A DNA stretch of 3,398 nt, from sequence record JQ966308.1, one strand, 5' to 3'. The position numbers and the translations under genes were made by a program. The notes beneath the pieces are model-generated. The model searched no databases and was not told the origin of the DNA. It saw only the letters and a program-made list of their open reading frames with translations. This DNA comes from Escherichia phage MS2. The stretch's first letter is position 1. Each line of letters opens with the position of its first letter. Positions 1 through 3,398 of this stretch are shown piece after piece.

Positions 1-4
1 ACTC

Positions 5-1186
5 ATGCGAGCTTTTAGTGTCCTTGATCAGGAGTCCGAGACCTTCGTCCCTAGCGTCCGCGTTTATGCGGACGGGCAGGTCGAAGATAACTCGTTTTCC
101 CTAAAATACCGCTCGAACTGGACTCCCGGTCGATTTAATTCGACCGGGTCTAGAACGGAACAGTGGCACTATCCGTCCCCTTATTCTAGGGGTGCGCTCA
201 GTGTCACATCGGTAGATCAAGGTGCCTACAAGCGCTCTGGGTCATCGTGGGGTCGCCCGTACGAGGAGAAAGCCGGTTTTGGCTTCTCACTCGACGCACG
301 TTCCTGCTATAGCCTCTTCCCTGTTAGTCAGAATCTGACTTACATCGAAGTGCCGCAGAACGTTGCGAACCGGGCGTCGACCGAAGTCCTGCAGAAGGTC
401 ACTCAAGGAAATTTCAACCTTGGTGTGGCCCTAGCAGAGGCCAGGTCGACAGCCTCACAACTCGCGACGCAAACCATTGCGCTCGTGAAGGCGTACACTG
501 CCGCTCGTCGCGGCAATTGGCGCCAGACGCTCCGCTATCTTGCCCTAAACGAAGATCGGAAGTTCCGATCGAAACACGTGGCAGGCAGGTGGTTGGAGTT
601 GCAGTTCGGCTGGCTACCGCTCATGAGCGATATCCAGGGCGCATATGAGATGCTTACGAAGGTTCACCTTCAAGAGTTTCTTCCTATGAGGGCCGTACGG
701 CAAGTGGGCACTAACATTAAGTTAGATGGCCGTTTGTCGTATCCAGCTGCAAACTACCAGACTACGTGCAACATATCACGACGAATCGTGATATGGTTTT
801 ACATAAACGATGCACGTTTGGCCTGGTTGTCGTCTCTAGGTATCTTGAACCCACTAGGTATAGTGTGGGAAAAGGTGCCTTTCTCATTCGTTGTCGACTG
901 GCTCCTTCCTGTTGGGAACATGCTCGAGGGCCTCACAGCCCCCGTAGGATGCTCCTACATGTCTGGAACAGTTACTGACGTAATAACGGGTGAGTCCATC
1001 ATAAGCGTCGACGCTCCCTATGGGTGGACGGTGGATAGACAGGGCACTGCTAAGGCCCAAGTCTCAGCCATGCATCGAGGGGTGCAATCCGTATGGCCAA
1101 CAACTGGCGTATACGTGAAGTCACCTTTCTCGATGGTCCATACCTTAGACGCGTTGGCATTAATCAGGCAACGGCTCTTAAGATAG
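5..1186 (+). CDS. mat: Maturation (A / assembly) protein of an MS2-like ssRNA phage, 393 aa; pilus-binding attachment protein present at one copy per virion
   Basis: Full-length ORF from ATG at 5-7 to TAG at 1184-1186. The translation (MRAFS...LDARSCYSLFPVSQNLTYIEVPQNVANRAS...IRQRLLR) matches my recollection of the MS2 A protein over nearly its whole length and is the same size (393 aa). It is the first gene, as in all leviviruses. Confidence 0.93.
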   Translation: MRAFSVLDQESETFVPSVRVYADGQVEDNSFSLKYRSNWTPGRFNSTGSRTEQWHYPSPYSRGALSVTSVDQGAYKRSGSSWGRPYEEKAGFGFSLDARSCYSLFPVSQNLTYIEVPQNVANRASTEVLQKVTQGNFNLGVALAEARSTASQLATQTIALVKAYTAARRGNWRQTLRYLALNEDRKFRSKHVAGRWLELQFGWLPLMSDIQGAYEMLTKVHLQEFLPMRAVRQVGTNIKLDGRLSYPAANYQTTCNISRRIVIWFYINDARLAWLSSLGILNPLGIVWEKVPFSFVVDWLLPVGNMLEGLTAPVGCSYMSGTVTDVITGESIISVDAPYGWTVDRQGTAKAQVSAMHRGVQSVWPTTGVYVKSPFSMVHTLDALALIRQRLLR

Positions 1187-1197
1187 AGCCCTCAACC

Positions 1198-1217
1198 GGA
1201 GTTCGAAGCATGGCTTC
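1198..1217 (+). promoter_or_regulatory. Coat gene ribosome-binding region: Shine-Dalgarno GGAG plus a small initiator hairpin presenting the AUG in its loop
   Basis: GGAG at 1198-1201 lies 8 nt upstream of ATG 1210. GAAGC (1205-1209) and GCTTC (1213-1217) are perfectly complementary and flank the ATG, as in the known MS2 coat initiation hairpin. Confidence 0.7.
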
Positions 1218-1602
1218 TAACTTTACTCAGTTCGTTCTCGTCGACAATGGCGGAACTGGCGACGTGACTGTCGCTCCAAGCAACTTCGCTAACGGGGTCG
1301 CTGAATGGATTAGCTCTAACTCACGTTCTCAGGCTTACAAAGTAACCTGTAGCGTTCGTCAGAGCTCTGCGCAGAACCGCAAGTACACCATTAAGGTTGA
1401 GGTACCAAAAGTGGCTACCCAAACCGTCGGTGGTGTACAGCTTCCTGTAGCCGCATGGCGTTCGTACTTGAATATGGAATTAACTATTCCTATTTTCGCA
1501 ACGAACGACGATTGCGCGCTTATTGTTAAGGCGATGCAAGGTCTCCTAAAAGATGGAAACCCGATCCCCTCAGCAATCGCAGCAAACTCCGGAATCTACT
1601 AA
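1210..1602 (+). CDS. cp: Major coat (capsid) protein, 130 aa including the initiator Met; also the translational repressor of the replicase gene
   Basis: ATG at 1210-1212 lies inside the longer tabulated ORF 1093..1602. The translation MASNFTQFVLVDNGGTGDVTVAPSNFANGVAEWISSNSRSQAYKVTCSVRQSS... is the MS2 coat sequence apart from about three substitutions (Q at codon 1438-1440, D at 1507-1509, A at 1516-1518). GGAG at 1198-1201 is a plausible Shine-Dalgarno. The ORF ends with tandem stops TAA TAG (1600-1605). Confidence 0.96.
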   Translation: MASNFTQFVLVDNGGTGDVTVAPSNFANGVAEWISSNSRSQAYKVTCSVRQSSAQNRKYTIKVEVPKVATQTVGGVQLPVAAWRSYLNMELTIPIFATNDDCALIVKAMQGLLKDGNPIPSAIAANSGIY

Positions 1603-1780
1603 TAGATTCCGTCCATTCCAACATGAGGATTACCCATGTCGAAGACAACAAAGAAGTTCAACTCTTTATGTATTGATCTTCCTCGCGATCTTTCTCTCGA
1701 AATTTACCAATCAATTGCTTCTGTCGCTACTGGAAGCGGTGATCCGCACAGTAGAGACTTTACAGCAATTGCTTACCTAA
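1553..1780 (+). CDS. lys: Lysis protein L, 75 aa single-gene lysis protein (Sgl) with a basic N-terminal region and a hydrophobic C-terminal membrane domain
   Basis: ORF from ATG 1553 to TAA 1778-1780 in the +1 frame relative to coat and replicase. It overlaps the coat 3' end by 50 nt and the replicase 5' end by 145 nt. The translation METRSPQQSQQTPESTNRFRPFQHEDYPCRRQQRSSTLYVLIFLAIFLSKFTNQLLLSLLEAVIRTVETLQQLLT is nearly identical to my recollection of MS2 L, with the same length and position. Confidence 0.92.
   Translation: METRSPQQSQQTPESTNRFRPFQHEDYPCRRQQRSSTLYVLIFLAIFLSKFTNQLLLSLLEAVIRTVETLQQLLT
1600..1605 (+). terminator. Tandem in-frame translational stop codons (UAA UAG) ending the coat gene
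   Basis: TAA at 1600-1602 is followed immediately by TAG at 1603-1605 in the coat frame, the same arrangement as in MS2. Confidence 0.85.
1621..1639 (+). promoter_or_regulatory. Translational operator (TR) hairpin: coat-protein binding site that represses replicase translation and nucleates packaging
   Basis: ACATGAGGATTACCCATGT folds as stem 1621-1625/1635-1639 plus 1627-1628/1633-1634, with a bulged A at 1626 and a 4-nt loop ATTA at 1629-1632. The replicase ATG (1636-1638) is in the 3' arm and the GAGGA Shine-Dalgarno (1625-1629) in the 5' arm. The sequence is identical to the MS2 operator as I recall it. Confidence 0.93.
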
Positions 1781-3273
1781 GAGATGAGTTGCTTACTAAG
1801 CATCCATCATTGGGCAATGGTAATGACGAGGCGACCCGCCGGGCTCTAGCTATTGCTAAGCTCCGGGAGGCGAATGAGCGATGTGGCCAGATTAATAGAG
1901 AAGGTTTCTTACATGACAAATCCTTGTCATGGGATCCGGATGTTTTACAAACCAGCATCCGTAGCCTTATTGGCAACCTCCTCTCTGGCTATCGTTCGTC
2001 GTTGTTTGGGCAATGCACGTTCTCCAACGGTGCCTCGATGGGGCACAAGTTGCAGGATGCAGCGCCTTACAAGAAGTTCGCTGAACAAGCAACCGTTACC
2101 CCCCGCGCTCTGAGAGCGGCTCTACTGGTCCGAGACCAGTGTGCGCCGTGGATCAGACACGCGGTCCACTACAGCGAGTCATATGAATTTAGGCTCGTCG
2201 TAGGGAACGGAGTGTTCACAGTTCCGAAGAATAATAAAATAGATCGGGCTGCCTGTAAGGAGCCAGATGCGAACATGTACCTTCAGAAAGGGGTTGGTGG
2301 CTTCATACGCCGCCGCCTCCGTTCTATCGGTATCGACCTGAATGATCAAACGATCAATCAACGTCTTGCAAAACTCGGCAGTATCGATGGTTCTTTAGCG
2401 ACGATAGATTTATCGTCTGCTTCTGACTCCATATCGGACCGCCTTGTTTGGGAGTTTCTCCCACCGCAAATGTATGCGTACCTGTCTAAAATTCGTTCGC
2501 CACGAGGAATCGTTGACGGACGTATGATCGACTGGCACCTATTTTCCACTATGGGTAATGGATTTACCTTTGAACTAGAGTCCATGATCTTTTGGGCAAT
2601 AGTTAAGGCAACCATGACTCATTTTGGTAACCTTGGAACAATTGGCATCTATGGGGACGATATCATATGTCCCACAGAGATTGCACCTCGTGTGCTAGAG
2701 GCTCTCAGCTTCTACGGTTTTAAACCGAATCAGTCGAAGACGTTCATCACGGGTCGCTTTCGCGAGTCCTGTGGTGCACATTACTTCGGCGGTGCTGATT
2801 GCAAACCGATTTATATCAAGAAACCCGTTAACAACCTCTTCGCCGTCTGTCTGTTACTTAACAGACTGCGCGGCTGGGGTGTTGTGAACGGTGTGTCAGA
2901 TCCTCGCCTCTTCGAGACTTGGAAATGGCTATCCGAACGTGTTCCCTCGATACTTTTCGGTGGGTCAAACCTTGATGCAGACTATTACGTGGTCAGCCGC
3001 CAGGAAGCCAGGAAGCGTTGCGAGGATCATCCAGTATATGGACGTACCCTTGCTCATTTCCACAGCTCTCCTCATCGGTTGTACCGCGTACCCGCCTCTA
3101 AACGCGAATTTTCTTCGCGCGAAGAGTCCGGTCGCCTCATCACTTGGTACCATAATGGCGGTCAAATTATTGACACCACTACGACCCCAAGGGTTCGCCT
3201 TGTGCGAACATCGGAATGGCTAGCGGTAGTGCCATCCTTCCCTCAGGAAGATGACACACGCGAGCTCTCCTAG
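1636..3273 (+). CDS. rep: RNA-dependent RNA polymerase (replicase beta subunit), 545 aa
   Basis: ORF from ATG 1636 to TAG 3271-3273. The N-terminus MSKTTKKFNSLCIDLPRDLSLEIYQSIASVATGSGDPH... matches the MS2 replicase. RdRp motifs are present: motif A TIDLSSASDSISD (2401-2439), motif B MGNGFTFELES (2551-2583) and motif C YGDD (2650-2661). It has the same length as the MS2 replicase, but the C-terminal roughly 120 aa are noticeably diverged. Confidence 0.96.
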   Translation: MSKTTKKFNSLCIDLPRDLSLEIYQSIASVATGSGDPHSRDFTAIAYLRDELLTKHPSLGNGNDEATRRALAIAKLREANERCGQINREGFLHDKSLSWDPDVLQTSIRSLIGNLLSGYRSSLFGQCTFSNGASMGHKLQDAAPYKKFAEQATVTPRALRAALLVRDQCAPWIRHAVHYSESYEFRLVVGNGVFTVPKNNKIDRAACKEPDANMYLQKGVGGFIRRRLRSIGIDLNDQTINQRLAKLGSIDGSLATIDLSSASDSISDRLVWEFLPPQMYAYLSKIRSPRGIVDGRMIDWHLFSTMGNGFTFELESMIFWAIVKATMTHFGNLGTIGIYGDDIICPTEIAPRVLEALSFYGFKPNQSKTFITGRFRESCGAHYFGGADCKPIYIKKPVNNLFAVCLLLNRLRGWGVVNGVSDPRLFETWKWLSERVPSILFGGSNLDADYYVVSRQEARKRCEDHPVYGRTLAHFHSSPHRLYRVPASKREFSSREESGRLITWYHNGGQIIDTTTTPRVRLVRTSEWLAVVPSFPQEDDTRELS

Positions 3274-3398
3274 TCAGCACGGCTAGGGACCCCCGTAATC
3301 GGGGTGGGTGCCGCGAAAGCGGCTATTCATCGTAACAACGATGGATAGGAGTAACCTCCTAATTCGGTGACTAACTTTGCTTGGCTAGTCACCACCCA
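3274..3398 (+). other. 3' untranslated region of the phage genome, 125 nt, with a series of short hairpins and the levivirus 3' terminus ...ACCACCCA
   Basis: Perfect small stem-loops are visible: 3291-3295/3300-3304 (CCCCG/CGGGG, loop TAAT), 3310-3314/3319-3323 (GCCGC/GCGGC, GAAA tetraloop), 3328-3332/3339-3343 (CATCG/CGATG), and 3347-3351/3356-3360 (AGGAG/CTCCT, loop TAAC). The window ends in CCCA. Confidence 0.85.
3366..3398 (+). promoter_or_regulatory. 3'-terminal hairpin plus single-stranded ACCCA tail; likely the replicase initiation site for minus-strand synthesis
   Basis: GGTGACTA (3366-3373) pairs perfectly with TAGTCACC (3386-3393), an 8-bp stem with a 12-nt loop, followed by unpaired ACCCA (3394-3398). 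Levivirus genomes end in CCCA with a terminal hairpin immediately upstream. Confidence 0.75.

Noticed and set aside
766-978. 70-aa ORF in an alternative frame inside the maturation gene
   Set aside because: It is fully nested in the maturation coding region, has no recognisable ribosome-binding site and resembles no known levivirus product. It is most likely a chance ORF.
1093-1602. Longer 169-aa ORF beginning at ATG 1093 in the coat frame
   Set aside because: The upstream ATG lies inside the maturation gene 3' end with no ribosome-binding site. The coat sequence itself begins at ATG 1210, which has a GGAG Shine-Dalgarno and an initiator hairpin. The N-terminal extension is read-through of the overlapping frame, not part of the coat protein.
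1853-2113. 86-aa alternative-frame ORF inside the replicase gene
   Set aside because: No ribosome-binding site and no similarity to known proteins. The lysis gene of this genome is already accounted for at 1553..1780.
1773-3165. Minus-strand ORFs (1773..1976, 2179..2361, 2358..2615, 2965..3165)
   Set aside because: The minus strand of an ssRNA phage is a replication intermediate and is not known to be translated. These ORFs are short and lack start signals.
2891-3223. 110-aa alternative-frame ORF inside the replicase 3' region
   Set aside because: The same reasoning applies. Embedded Sgl lysis genes do occur at varied positions in other leviviruses, but this genome has a canonical L gene and the ORF has no start context. 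It could be revisited only if expression caused lysis.
1-3398. DNA-type features: sigma70 promoters, rho-independent terminators, tRNA, CRISPR repeats, IS elements and inverted terminal repeats
   Set aside because: The sequence is an RNA phage genome. No direct repeats, tRNA-like cloverleaf or transposase ORFs are visible, and any promoter-like AT-rich hexamers would have no biological meaning in an RNA genome.

Overview
The window is a DNA-form copy of an almost complete positive-sense ssRNA coliphage genome of the MS2 type (Leviviricetes, group I Emesvirus-like); the + strand is the genomic, mRNA-sense strand. All four canonical genes are present in the canonical order and frames: maturation (A) protein 5..1186, coat protein 1210..1602, lysis protein L 1553..1780 (in the +1 frame, overlapping the coat 3' end and the replicase 5' end), and the RNA-dependent RNA polymerase (replicase beta subunit) 1636..3273. 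The coat-binding translational operator hairpin sits over the replicase start, and a structured 3' UTR ends in ...ACCACCCA. The 5' UTR is essentially absent, with only 4 nt before the maturation start. From memory, the maturation, coat and lysis proteins are nearly identical to MS2, while the replicase diverges progressively toward its C-terminus and the 3' UTR looks shorter than in MS2. This is therefore a distinct MS2-like lineage or variant, not a novel system. No DNA-level elements (promoters, CRISPR, tRNA, IS) are expected or seen. All comparisons to MS2 are recollection and need alignment to confirm.
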